A stretch of DNA of 64,000 bases from Terriglobia bacterium (GTDB lineage: Bacteria > Acidobacteriota > Terriglobia > JAJPHL01 > JAPKYU01): NCBI GenBank assembly GCA_965223005.1, contig CBDCVK010000010.1, positions 800,001 to 864,000 on the forward strand. Direction: 5' to 3'. The translations under genes and the position numbers were made by a program. This document shows positions 1-9,463 of this stretch, one piece after another. The notes below the pieces were generated by a model that worked only from the letters and a program-made list of their open reading frames with translations, searched no databases and was not told the origin of the DNA. Each line of letters begins with the position of its first letter. The first letter of the stretch is position 1.

Positions 1-250
1 GCTCCAGCCATTGGTTCAAGGCGCCGCATTCATCCGATTCAAAGTGGCTGAACCCTATCCAACGAATCTCTGACGGATCCATAACGCTTGCCACTGCCTC
101 GCGTAAATCCGGGAACATCCCCTTGAAGCCCGCGTGGAACAGCAGCGGCTCATCGTCGAGGACAAGGAAGTGGTTGAACTGAAGGTTGAACTGCTCCACA
201 AAAGCTGAGATGCGATACAGATCTGGCCCGATTTCACTCACATGTGCCAT
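1..250 (-). CDS. MBL-fold metallo-hydrolase / FprA-like protein, 5' part (runs off the window)
   Basis: Manual translation from the ATG at 250 gives [41 protein letters not shown]...[19 protein letters not shown], with an HxExDE-type metal motif. A GAGAG/AGGAG RBS lies upstream. Not in the ORF track because it is truncated. Confidence 0.8.
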   Translation of the reverse strand, partial: MAHVSEIGPDLYRISAFVEQFNLQFNHFLVLDDEPLLFHAGFKGMFPDLREAVASVMDPSEIRWIGFSHFESDECGALNQWLE

Positions 251-305
251 GCTGTCTCTCCTTGTTTAGGAAATCGTTCGGATAACTTCTCGCTGTCCGG
301 AACCC

Positions 306-1307
306 CTACGTTATCTGTCGGCGCCTGCGAAGTTCGTCCATGGCCACGGCCGCGACGATAACGACTCCAATGAGCACCTGCTGCCAAAATGGTGAGACGC
401 CGAGCAGATTGCTACCGTTGGACATGAGGCTCATCAAGAACGCTCCCGCGATGGTGCCAGCAACAGACCCTTCACCTCCCGATAAGCTTGCTCCGCCGAT
501 GATCACGGCGGCAATGACAGACAGCTCGTAACCTTGCCCGGCTGTAGGTTGACCGGTCATCAGCCGCGAGAACTCAATCATTCCGGCCAGCCCTGTCGCC
601 GCGCCAGCAAAGATGTAGATAGCGATCAGAAACCGACGGACGGGAATACCAGCATAACGTGCTGCCTCGACATTGCTGCCGATTGCGTAAGCGTAGCGCC
701 CCAGGCGGGTGTACTTCAGAATGAACCCGGTTAACAATGCGAGGGCAGCCAGGATCACTAGAGGCACCGGAACGACCCCCAGAAAATTGCCATCTCCAAG
801 CCGGCCGAAAGACGCCGGCAGATTCACCACAGGCAAACTACCCGTGATCACCAGGGTGAGGCCTCGCGCGACACCCATCGTGCCCAATGTGGCAATGAAT
901 GGACTGACTTTAAGCACCGTGATGAGCAGGGAATTTACCAGGCCCCACGCGGCGCCAGCCAGCATTGCGCCCAAGATGGAGGGTAGAAAGGGGACCCCCA
1001 TCTGGAGCAGCATTGTGCCGCAAATTCCTGCGAAAGCCATGACCGATCCGACGGAGAGATCGATGCCACCCGAGATGATGATCAACGTCATGCCCAACGC
1101 CATGATATTGATGACGGCAGTCTGGCGGCAGACCGTCGATAGGTTTTGAATTGTGAGGAAATAGGGCGACAGAATCGAAAGAGTGATGAACAGGACCGCC
1201 ACGCTAGCGAACGGAAGCATGCGCTCCAGCCATCCGCGCTGCGTGGCGTGTTTACGAAGCTTAGGCCCAACAGATGTCACTGCGGTCTCGACCGGTAGGT
1301 TGTCCAT
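306..1307 (-). CDS. Monosaccharide ABC transporter permease (RbsC-like)
   Basis: Motifs GGIDLSVGS, PFIATLGT, GRYAYAIGSN and YELSVIAAVIIGG; multiple TM segments. Confidence 0.93.
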   Translation of the reverse strand: MDNLPVETAVTSVGPKLRKHATQRGWLERMLPFASVAVLFITLSILSPYFLTIQNLSTVCRQTAVINIMALGMTLIIISGGIDLSVGSVMAFAGICGTMLLQMGVPFLPSILGAMLAGAAWGLVNSLLITVLKVSPFIATLGTMGVARGLTLVITGSLPVVNLPASFGRLGDGNFLGVVPVPLVILAALALLTGFILKYTRLGRYAYAIGSNVEAARYAGIPVRRFLIAIYIFAGAATGLAGMIEFSRLMTGQPTAGQGYELSVIAAVIIGGASLSGGEGSVAGTIAGAFLMSLMSNGSNLLGVSPFWQQVLIGVVIVAAVAMDELRRRRQIT

Positions 1308-1373
1308 GTGCTAGAAACTCACAGTTGGATCGGTCTTTGTGCCTGCGAGTTACCTTACTAATTCCGTTGCCAG

Positions 1374-2912
1374 CTACTCTTGCCCCAGCGCTGCGTAGCG
1401 CATGATCTCTTCCTGTGTCGTCTGGGCTGTTGCTAGCTCTTTGACCAAACGACCGTTACGCATGACAAGAACTCGGTCTGTCATGCCCAGGATCTCTGGC
1501 AACTCCGAGGAAATGATCAGAATCGCAGCGCCAGCTCCAGCCAGCTGGTTCATGATGCGATAGATTTCCGTCTTGGCGCCAACATCCACTCCGCGAGTAG
1601 GCTCGTCGAAAAGAAAAATTCGACCCTGCCGAAAGAGCCACTTGGCCAGGACAATTTTTTGCTGGTTGCCGCCGCTCAACCGGTTGACCTTCTGGGCTAG
1701 GGAAGCTGCGCGAATCCGCAAACGGTCTAACAATTGCCGCGCTACCTGCTCTTCCTTCTTGAGATTAATGAGCCCCTTGCGAGTTATGCCGGACATATTC
1801 GCGAGGGTAATATTTTTCGCGACGCCGAGGTTTAGTGTGAGGCCCGTCCGTTTCCGATCCTCTGTAATGAGCGCCAGGCCGTAACGGATCGCGTCCTGCG
1901 GGGAGCGGATGGTGGCTTGCTCACCATGGATGAAGATTTGGCCGTCGACCGGTGGCGCCACCCCAAATATTGCTTCCGCCAGCTCGGTTCGACCTGCCCC
2001 AGTCAGTCCGGCGAGACCAACAATTTCTCCCTCGCGGACGCCAAAACTGACATTTACGAAACTCCTTGGGCAGGTCAGGTTGTGAACTTCCAGTGCGAGC
2101 TTCCCTCGCTGGGAGCTACGAGGTGGAAAGAAATCCTTTAATTCACGTCCAACTAAAGCGCGAATCAGCTCCCCGAAATCCTGGCGTGGCATGGCGCCTT
2201 CGTGAACTGTTTCACCGTCACGCAGGACTGTGGTGCGATCAGCGATCTGTGCGAGTTCCTCCAAACGGTGTGTCACGAAAATGACAGCAGTCCCGTGCTC
2301 TTTCAACCTCTGGACGACGCGAAATAACTCTTCTACCTCTCGGGATGAAAGCGATGAGGTCGGTTCGTCCATGATTACGAGGCGTGTAGCCCGGATGACG
2401 GCTCGGGCAATTTCGACCAATTGCCTTTGGGCCGGGCGCAAGCGACGAACCTGTATTTGCGGATCCAAGTCGAACCCAATCCGCTTGAGCGAGTCCCGGG
2501 TTTCGGAGAGTTCTCGTGTACGATCAATGATTCTGAATGGCCGGCCGAATCGGGTCGGTTCGTGGCCGAGGAATAAGTTCTCGGCCACGGTCAGATGGGG
2601 CGCCAGGTTCAGTTCTTGGTGGATCATTGTGATGCCCAGGCGCTCCGCATCGCCTCGAGAGGCGAGTGGGGTCAGCTCCTCTAGCCAGCGAATTTCGCCG
2701 CTGTCCCGTGGCACTTCGCCCCCGAGGATCTTGACCAGTGTGGACTTGCCGGCACCGTTTTCACCGACTAGCCCGTGAATCTCTCCCAATGCGACATGGA
2801 GACCGGCCTGTTTCAGGACTGGAACTCCTCCGTAGGACTTGTCGATTCCTCGGAGCTCCACAAGGGACGACGAAGGTTGGGAGACGATGCTGGGGACCCC
2901 ATCGAGCGGCAT
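1374..2912 (-). CDS. Monosaccharide ABC transporter ATP-binding protein (RbsA-like, two ABC domains)
   Basis: Walker A GENGAGKS, MDEPTSSL, LSGGNQQK and FDEPTRGVDVGAK. Confidence 0.95.
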   Translation of the reverse strand: MPLDGVPSIVSQPSSSLVELRGIDKSYGGVPVLKQAGLHVALGEIHGLVGENGAGKSTLVKILGGEVPRDSGEIRWLEELTPLASRGDAERLGITMIHQELNLAPHLTVAENLFLGHEPTRFGRPFRIIDRTRELSETRDSLKRIGFDLDPQIQVRRLRPAQRQLVEIARAVIRATRLVIMDEPTSSLSSREVEELFRVVQRLKEHGTAVIFVTHRLEELAQIADRTTVLRDGETVHEGAMPRQDFGELIRALVGRELKDFFPPRSSQRGKLALEVHNLTCPRSFVNVSFGVREGEIVGLAGLTGAGRTELAEAIFGVAPPVDGQIFIHGEQATIRSPQDAIRYGLALITEDRKRTGLTLNLGVAKNITLANMSGITRKGLINLKKEEQVARQLLDRLRIRAASLAQKVNRLSGGNQQKIVLAKWLFRQGRIFLFDEPTRGVDVGAKTEIYRIMNQLAGAGAAILIISSELPEILGMTDRVLVMRNGRLVKELATAQTTQEEIMRYAALGQE

Positions 2913-2920
2913 GTGAAAAT

Positions 2921-3928
2921 CTATTCCTTCAGGTAACGCTCAATGTCAGGATTGACCAAACGTTGAATTTTGGAATCATCAAGATTCTCGCGGGTAACCA
3001 GCGTGGGGGGTAGGTCGGTTCGTTTCGGTGGCTCGCGGCCGGCGCGGTAGTCGATAAGCGTCTTCAAGCCCAGGTATCCCATTTGAAAGGGGTCCTGCAA
3101 GACGAGCGAGTCGATGGTTCCGGCTCGCAGATCGTCTAGCAAGCTGGGAGAAGAGTCGAAGCCCACAATCTTTACCTTACCGGCCAATCCCCGTCCCTTA
3201 ACAGCCTGGGCTGCTCCAACCGTACTCGACTCGTTTGAAGCGAAAATGCCCTCGAGTGCGGGATGGGCTGTCAGGATATCTTCGGTCACAGTGAGGGAGC
3301 GTGCGTATTCCGCCATGCCGTATTGCCAAGCTACAAGCTTGATGTCCGGAGACTCCTTCTGGAGCGTATCCTGGAATCCCTTCTCGCGTTCCAGGGTAGA
3401 AGCTGCGCCGGGCATGACTGCGATCATCGCCACTCTGCCCCGCCCACCAAGGATCTTAGCCAGACGACGTGCCCCCATCACTCCACCGGCATAGTTGTCT
3501 GTGGCGATAAAAGAAACATAGTCCTCTGTTTGGGCTCGCGAATCGAAGATGGTGAGAGGGATGCCAGCTCGGTGAGCACGCTGGATGGCCGGTACAAGAG
3601 CCTCCTGTTCGCTCGGAGCGAGCAGGATGCCGTCGACCCGACGGTTGATAAAGGCATCTATGATGGCGATTTGTTTTGTGAAGTCTGTTTCCAATGCTGG
3701 CCCATTCCAGGCGATATCCACACCTGACTCTCGTGACGCGGCCACCGCCCCAGCGTGCACAGATTGCCAGAAGACATGGGACTGGCCCTTAGGTATGACT
3801 GCGTACAGTGGTTGCTCACGTGTCTTACACGCGGGGAGTAGAAGAACGCATAGAAGCAGCAAAGCTTGGAACGCGCGGGCACTGATCTTTGGGAATAGAG
3901 GGCGTGAGAAGACGCTCAAATCCTTCAT
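2921..3928 (-). CDS. Sugar ABC substrate-binding lipoprotein (RbsB-like)
   Basis: Lipobox LPAC; motifs FWQSVHAGA, ATDNYAGG, VGFD and QDPFQMGY; same operon as the permease and ATPase. Confidence 0.92.
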   Translation of the reverse strand: MKDLSVFSRPLFPKISARAFQALLLLCVLLLPACKTREQPLYAVIPKGQSHVFWQSVHAGAVAASRESGVDIAWNGPALETDFTKQIAIIDAFINRRVDGILLAPSEQEALVPAIQRAHRAGIPLTIFDSRAQTEDYVSFIATDNYAGGVMGARRLAKILGGRGRVAMIAVMPGAASTLEREKGFQDTLQKESPDIKLVAWQYGMAEYARSLTVTEDILTAHPALEGIFASNESSTVGAAQAVKGRGLAGKVKIVGFDSSPSLLDDLRAGTIDSLVLQDPFQMGYLGLKTLIDYRAGREPPKRTDLPPTLVTRENLDDSKIQRLVNPDIERYLKE

Positions 3929-4066
3929 GCGAGATTCGGCCGTGCGGCTGTTTGCTCCGGCGAGGTGTCAGGCGCCCGCTCTTGCCTGCGACCAAAGAAA
4001 GGATACATCCTCTCCGGTCGCCCTGTGCCTCAAGCTCAGATCCGGCCTACAAAGCTTGAGCTTTTA

Positions 4067-4849
4067 TCAATCAGCGAAAATCCTTGAGGTTTCCACGAGG
4101 GATCTGGTCTGCTGCTGGAACAAGTCCGTCAGCACTAAGAAAGGTTCGACCGCAGCGCGTGATAAAACGTCGCGGCAGAATACAATCATGACGACGATCT
4201 GACCACTCGCGTAGGCGCCGCCAGTGCCAAAGACAGTTTTCACTTTGTAGGTGGACACAAAGTCCTGTTCTGGAATGATCTTTCGGCCTTTGTGATCGCT
4301 TGCACGGGCAGCGTCCTCCACGAAGAACAAACCAAACGAACGCCCCACTGTCGCTGTTATGATTGCTGAGTCGTGGCTGTCAACCCACTGCAAGGGTACT
4401 CCAAGGTCCTTGAGCAGGCGGGAGATCATTTGAATACCGTCCACGAAAGCTGATGAAATCAGCGGTATTCCCATACGCCTTTTGGACAGGCCTCGATCGT
4501 TCCAGTCTGATTCTTGGCCGTGAGTCCCCGCGAGTGAGAGAACAGGAGTCGTGGCTTTTAACTCAGTGGCGGCGCCAGCCGACCCAGCCAGACTACGGAC
4601 AAACTGTTCGTTCCTCAATGGCAACGCGAGGAAGGGCACTGTAACAAATACACGGGCGAGAACGATCGATTTATAAAACTGGGTATGCAGCGCCGTAGCC
4701 AGCTCCTGCGCGGCATCCTCCATGCAGTTCGACTGTTGTATTCGTGGTGAAGTCTTTACCCAAAGCTGCAAAATCGAGGCGTGGCCCTCGGCCAGCCCGG
4801 CGCCAGCCAGTGCATGGCTCGGATCTTGGAAGTTCATGCGCTGCAACAT
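4067..4849 (-). CDS. Conserved hypothetical protein, possibly a stand-alone GAF-like sensory domain
   Basis: 260-aa ORF. The pattern SxMEDAAQ..LARVF..VLSLAGTHG..WNDR..GIPL resembles N-terminal domains of some chemoreceptors and sensor kinases (from memory, not verified). Confidence 0.6.
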   Translation of the reverse strand: MLQRMNFQDPSHALAGAGLAEGHASILQLWVKTSPRIQQSNCMEDAAQELATALHTQFYKSIVLARVFVTVPFLALPLRNEQFVRSLAGSAGAATELKATTPVLSLAGTHGQESDWNDRGLSKRRMGIPLISSAFVDGIQMISRLLKDLGVPLQWVDSHDSAIITATVGRSFGLFFVEDAARASDHKGRKIIPEQDFVSTYKVKTVFGTGGAYASGQIVVMIVFCRDVLSRAAVEPFLVLTDLFQQQTRSLVETSRIFAD

Positions 4850-4913
4850 CTCTTCAAAGCGGGGGTCGGAGTGTCAAGGACTGATTTCTTTAGACACTGA
4901 TTCTGAGAGTTTT

Positions 4914-5712
4914 TTACGCGACTAACGCATACCGTTTGGCGAATACCACAGGCGGCATGTTGAGCGCGGAGTGAATCCGCGTGTTGTTGTAGTCCCACAG
5001 AGTGCGGTAGATCTCCGCCACTAGCTCCCCCAGTGTTTTGAAGCGGTTCGGATCTCCCAGGTCAACCTTGAATTTGTCGTAGAACGATTCCTGGTATCCG
5101 TTCTCCCAAGGGCACCCCGGGCGGCTCCGTGAAATCACGATGCCGCATCCATCAAGGATTTCAGTGAACGCCATCGAGTCATACTCCCTCCCGTTGTCGG
5201 AGTGGAATAGACCCGGGCGCGGATGATGGAGCAGGGCGTTGGAAAGCGCCTGAATGGTGAGCGCGGCTCCCTTTCTCACCGCAACCTGGATTCCCAGGAT
5301 CCGGCGGGTGTAGAGATCGATCACGGTCGCCACATAGACCTTCTTTCCGTGCTGCACGAACTCGGTGAAGTCCGTTGCCCAGATGTGGTTTGCATATGCG
5401 GGCATGACCGCGAGCAGGAGGTTGGGATAGGTCCGGGAAACCTTGGATTTTCTCCATTTTCTGCCTCTCCTGCGGTAGGGCTTGATGCCAAACAGACGCA
5501 TGACCCTCTGCGCCCGCTGGCGGCAGAGTCCCAGTGCCGTAGCAATTCGCCGGGAGCCGTAGGAGGGATGGATCTGCAGCTCTTCTTCCAGGCGGACCTT
5601 GAGGCGCCAGTCCTTCTCCTTCATTCTTGGGACGTAATACAGGCTCGCGCGGGATATGCCAAGGGCTCGGGCAAGCGCTGATTTGTTTCTTCCTTCGCTC
5701 AATTGTTTTTTT
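4914..5712 (-). CDS. IS3 transposase OrfB (rve/DDE), expressed by -1 frameshift
   Basis: DDE triad WATDFT / HSDNG / NGYQES; YGSRRI and YNNTRIHSAL; lies in the -1 frame relative to orfA. Confidence 0.9.
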
Positions 5713-5959
5713 GAGTCATGGAGAGCTTGAGCGTGATCTCGCCCACGAGTTCCAGGAGTTCTCTGTTCTGCTTCTGAAGTCGGGAGAACTCCGCCCCGGA
5801 CGGGGCACCGGTTGCTCCTTTTACCATCCAACCATAGATGGTCCCTTCAGAAATACCGTGATCCTTGGCGGCCTGGGCCACCGAGATGCCTTCTTCCTTG
5901 ACGCGGCGTAGGATATCGGCTTTTACGTCAGCTGCAATACGATGATGTTTTTTGTTCAT
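5699..5959 (-). CDS. IS3 transposase OrfA (HTH plus coiled coil)
   Basis: HTH SVAQAAKDHGISEGTIYGW followed by LQKQNRELLELVGEITL; ends over an A-AAA-AAC slippery site (5705-5711). Confidence 0.88.
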   Translation of the reverse strand: MNKKHHRIAADVKADILRRVKEEGISVAQAAKDHGISEGTIYGWMVKGATGAPSGAEFSRLQKQNRELLELVGEITLKLSMTQKNN

Positions 5960-6016
5960 ATGACACCAGGGTAGTTAATTCCCAACCTCAGTGTCTAAAT
6001 TACCCAGTCCAGGGCA

Positions 6017-7590
6017 GGTTATCCATCCCTGAGCAATTGCGGGAGATTCGTCTTTATGCTGAGAAACAGGACATTCAGATCGTTGCTGAGTACTTGGAGG
6101 CCGCGAGTGCCTTTCAAAAAAACGGTAAGCGGACCGAATTCTACCGGATGCTTGCCCAGGCGAAGGCCGATCCCCAGGTGTCTTTGATTCTGGTGCATGA
6201 CTTTTCCCGGTTCTCCCGCGATAGCCTTCAAGCGAAGTCCTTAGTTCGAGAACTTCGTGAATCGGGAATCCGAGTTGTTTCCTTGAATGATCCTGAGTTC
6301 GATCCTGAATCCGTGGTTGGCGTCTACATGGAGGCCATCACCTTTGCGAAGAACGAGGCGTATTCGCGAGAGGTAGCTTTTCACACCAGGAAGGGCTGCA
6401 GGGCGAACGTTCAGACTCGAGATCCAGAGACCGGCTGGTGCTACAAGAACGGCGGTCAGCCACTTTGGGGGTACCGGTATGAGCGATTGGTTCGCGGGAA
6501 CAGCAAGAAGGGTGAGATTCACAAGAGCATCTGGGTCTTGGATGACACCGTTGTGAACGGTCGCCCGGTGCATGCATGGGCACGATACTGTCTTGTGGAA
6601 CTAGCCGCAAAGGGTGCTTCTCTGAGCGAGCTGCGTGACTTCTGCAACAAAAGTGGGATTCCTGGCCGACGAAAGCCCTACTGGTCTACATTCACTTGGA
6701 ATGCGATCCTGCAACCCAGCGTTTTGCTTCAGTACCTCGGCTACGGCGTCTGGAACGTCCGCAAGAAGAATGGCCAGGAGAAACCGTCGTCGGAATGGGT
6801 GATCGTTGATAATGCGCATCCGGCGCTCTTGAGCCAGGAGGAGGTCCTAGCGATTGGCTCCGCCCGTAAGAAGCAACGGGAGAAACGGTTCGATGCTGGT
6901 TACGGCAAGAGCCGGATTACAACCTATTTGCTCAGCGGTGGCCTGTTCAAGTGCGGACGTTGTGGCGGGAACATGATTGGTCTCCACAGGGACGGACGTT
7001 ACTACTATGTTTGCGGAAGCGAGCCATATCGGCGGGGAATCGGTTGCGGGCCAGGCGTTTATGTTCCGAAGCAGCAGGTGGAGTCAGAAGCCATCGGAGG
7101 CTTGCAGCGCCTTCTCAGCGTATGTACCAACCCCCAGGGGTTTACTCGCAAAGTGAACCAAGAACTTCGACGGATCTGGCAAGCCTCAACCGGCTTTGAC
7201 CCCCATGCCGAATGCAAGGTGGTTGCTATTGACTCGAAGATCGCCAATATCCACCGAGCCATCGAAGAAGGACTACAAGATGCTGACTGGGCCAACGAGA
7301 GGCTTTGCGAGTTGGTGGCGGAAAGGAAGGCGTTGACGGCTGCGCGAACGGCAATCGGCTCGCCTCCACAGATCGACGTCGAGACTGCCCTAGAATACCG
7401 CCGGGATCTAGGGAAGCTCCTACGCTACGGGGAGCCCCTTGAGCGGAAGCGTTTCCTTCGAACCTGGATCCAGGAAGCAAGGCTGAGCCCCGAAAGCCTG
7501 GAAGTTGAGATCACCTTTCAGATGCCGGGGAACATTATGGAAGGAGTGGTTGCGGGGGTTGGATTTGAACCAACGACCTTTGGGTTATGA
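6017..7590 (+). pseudogene. Large serine recombinase (resolvase + recombinase + Zn-ribbon), N-terminally truncated by IS3
   Basis: The frame starts at the IS edge as LSIPEQLREIRLYAEK and contains DFSRFSRD, a CGRCGG..YYVC..C zinc ribbon and a coiled coil. The catalytic YxRxS motif that should precede LSIPEQ is absent. Confidence 0.85.
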
Positions 7591-7591
7591 G
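7547..7591 (-). repeat. 45-bp exact copy of the tRNA-fMet 3' half (att site)
   Basis: TGGTTGCGGGGGTTGGATTTGAACCAACGACCTTTGGGTTATGAG is identical to 14138-14182. Confidence 0.95.
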
Positions 7592-7666
7592 TTTAACCCC
7601 TTTTGGCTAAGTTATTCATTTCGCGGTACGCATAGCAATGTTGAGGAAGCTTCAGGAAGGCTTGGA

Positions 7667-7693
7667 AACCCTTATCGAACCCTAATCGAACCC
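7667..7693. repeat. 11-bp tandem repeat AACCCTWATCG x2.5 (possible integrase arm sites)
   Basis: AACCCTTATCG AACCCTAATCG AACCC, about 75 bp inside the att copy. Confidence 0.55.
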
Positions 7694-7815
7694 AAGAACT
7701 CCCCCGCTCCTAGTCCAGTTTCGGAAGTTGAACTACCTGCTTAGGCATCTTAACAAGGCTCCGTTGAGGACCTCCGTCTCGGCGTACTGTGGGAAAGGTC
7801 GGGCGCAAGCCTCGG

Positions 7816-9042
7816 TCAAGCGCGCTTTTCCGTTACGGTCATCCGAATCCAAGTCGCACGATTGCCTTCTACCTTGAGTACCTCGGCCAAAACGCCGGGC
7901 GCGTCGATACGATCGCCTTTTTCCAAGAAACGTCCCACCTGGGCCACTAGGTAGCCGGAAAGTGTGTTGACGTTCGTGGCATGCAGGTCGAGTTCCAGGG
8001 CCCGGTTCACCTTTTCAAGCGGGGTCGCACCCCGAACGACATAGCGTCCATCCCCCTGACGGACAATCTCCGGCGTCTCGGCGTCAAACTCGTCCGGGAT
8101 CGCGCCGACGATCTCCTCAATGAGGTTCTCTAGCGTGATGATGCCCGCGGTGCTGCCGTGTTCGTCCACAACGATAGCCATGTGCTGCCGGGTTCGCTGC
8201 ATCTCGGTGAGCAGTTCGTGGATGCGCTTGGTTTCCGGCACCGCGCGTACCGGTCTCAGCAGCGAGGTGAAGTCGCCGCCGGACTCCAGACCGAGCAGGT
8301 CCTTGATGTGGAGGATCCCAAGCACCTCGTCCAGGCTGCTCATACAGACGGGGTAGCGCGTGTGCCGGCTACGGTGCGCCTCTTCGAGGCGTTTGGCCAG
8401 CGACCAGCCGGCATCCATCCAGGCCACCTCGCCGCGCGGGACCATCACCTGGCGGCAGAGCAGCTTGTCGAAGTGAAGTACCGCGTCGAGCATGCGCAGC
8501 TCGGCGGCGGTCAGCTCGCCGGTCTTACCGCCCGCGTGGATCATTGCCAGGATCTCAGCCTCGGTCACCTCTTGGGGCCTCTGACTCGGGACAAACAACT
8601 GGGTGAATCTCTCTGTTATGCGTACGAGAGGGTGCAGCGATTTCTCCAATACTGCCATCGGCCAGACCACCGCCGACCAGAGCTGGCGCCAGTGAACTGC
8701 TCCGTAGACCTTCGGTAGGATCTCCGAGATAAAAAGTATAGCCACACTGAAGGCGATGGCGAACGTAGGCACCCAAGCGGCGCCCAGTTCCCGCGCGGCG
8801 AACATGCCTCCCAGCGAAGCCCCTACCGTGTGCGCGAGGGTATTCAGGATGAGAATCGCGGAAGTTGGTGCGGATATGTTGTGCTTCAACTCGAGAAACC
8901 TCCGCGCGGCGGATTCGCGCTCGCCCTCCTTTGCTGCGGCTTCGAGAGTAGCGAGCCGGGTCGAGTACAGCACCGCTTCCAGCAGCGAACAGAACGTGGA
9001 CACCATCACCGTGCTCGCCACCACCAGCAGCAATACAGTCAT
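7816..9042 (-). CDS. HlyC/CorC (CNNM/DUF21 + CBS + CorC) family membrane protein
   Basis: FCSLLEAVLYS, ILILNT, SEILPK, HTRYPV, VVDEHGSTAGIITLENLIEEIVGAIPDE; strong GGAGGAAGGAG RBS before the ATG at 9042. Confidence 0.92.
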   Translation of the reverse strand: MTVLLLVVASTVMVSTFCSLLEAVLYSTRLATLEAAAKEGERESAARRFLELKHNISAPTSAILILNTLAHTVGASLGGMFAARELGAAWVPTFAIAFSVAILFISEILPKVYGAVHWRQLWSAVVWPMAVLEKSLHPLVRITERFTQLFVPSQRPQEVTEAEILAMIHAGGKTGELTAAELRMLDAVLHFDKLLCRQVMVPRGEVAWMDAGWSLAKRLEEAHRSRHTRYPVCMSSLDEVLGILHIKDLLGLESGGDFTSLLRPVRAVPETKRIHELLTEMQRTRQHMAIVVDEHGSTAGIITLENLIEEIVGAIPDEFDAETPEIVRQGDGRYVVRGATPLEKVNRALELDLHATNVNTLSGYLVAQVGRFLEKGDRIDAPGVLAEVLKVEGNRATWIRMTVTEKRA

Positions 9043-9162
9043 GTTGTACTCCTTCCTCCACCCAGATCTTGCCATGAACCAGCTTGGTCGCGAGCATCGA
9101 AATACCGTGTGTACCCAGATACCACGGGGATGTCGGAGGGGTGTTTCCTGGGGCCGGGTGTC

Positions 9163-9315
9163 ATGAGCCGCTGCGAATCATCGCTCGCCACTGGGGTTAT
9201 TCCCAGGTCAGCCCACAGCGAGGCTCTACGACGCGTGGTAGACGCCCTGCGCACCCGACACTACAGCCGCCGTACCGAAGCGACCCATCTATTGGAAGAC
9301 GGTTACGACATTTAG
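9163..9315 (+). pseudogene. Integron integrase (IntI-like) remnant with a large internal deletion
   Basis: Translates ...RVVDALRTRHYSRRTE-ATHLLEDGYDI*, i.e. the IntI N-terminal motif joined directly to the box II motif. Confidence 0.8.
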
Positions 9316-9463
9316 CTAAGAGGTTTTCGAAGGGGGCTGAGAGTTTATGGTCAATCCAGTTGACAAATTCGACCGGCCTGCCCGGTTCATCAGTTATCCC
9401 CATTGACACGAATCATGGTGTAAAATACATGGCAGATCCTGAACACCGCTAGGAGAGTGGCTT

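Larger units (their letters stand above)
4872..6016 (-). mobile_element. IS3-family insertion sequence (~1145 bp)
   Basis: TG...CA ends. The 29-bp imperfect terminal IRs at 4872-4900 (TGTCAAGGACTGATTTCTTTAGACACTGA) and 5988-6016 (reverse complement TGCCCTGGACTGGGTAATTTAGACACTGA) match at 22/29. Contains orfA and orfB; no target-site duplication. Confidence 0.93.

Noticed and set aside
7547-7591. Second tRNA-Met gene
   Set aside because: Only the 3' 45 nt are present; the D arm and 5' acceptor strand are missing.
7735-7815. attC site downstream of the HlyC/CorC gene
   Set aside because: The only candidate boxes on the minus strand (CCTCAAC..GTTAAGA) do not fit RYYYAAC/GTTRRRY and are too close together.
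9403-9426. Consensus TTGACA..TAAAAT promoter for the DUF1501 gene
   Set aside because: The spacing is only 12 bp; the two hexamers cannot form one canonical sigma70 promoter.
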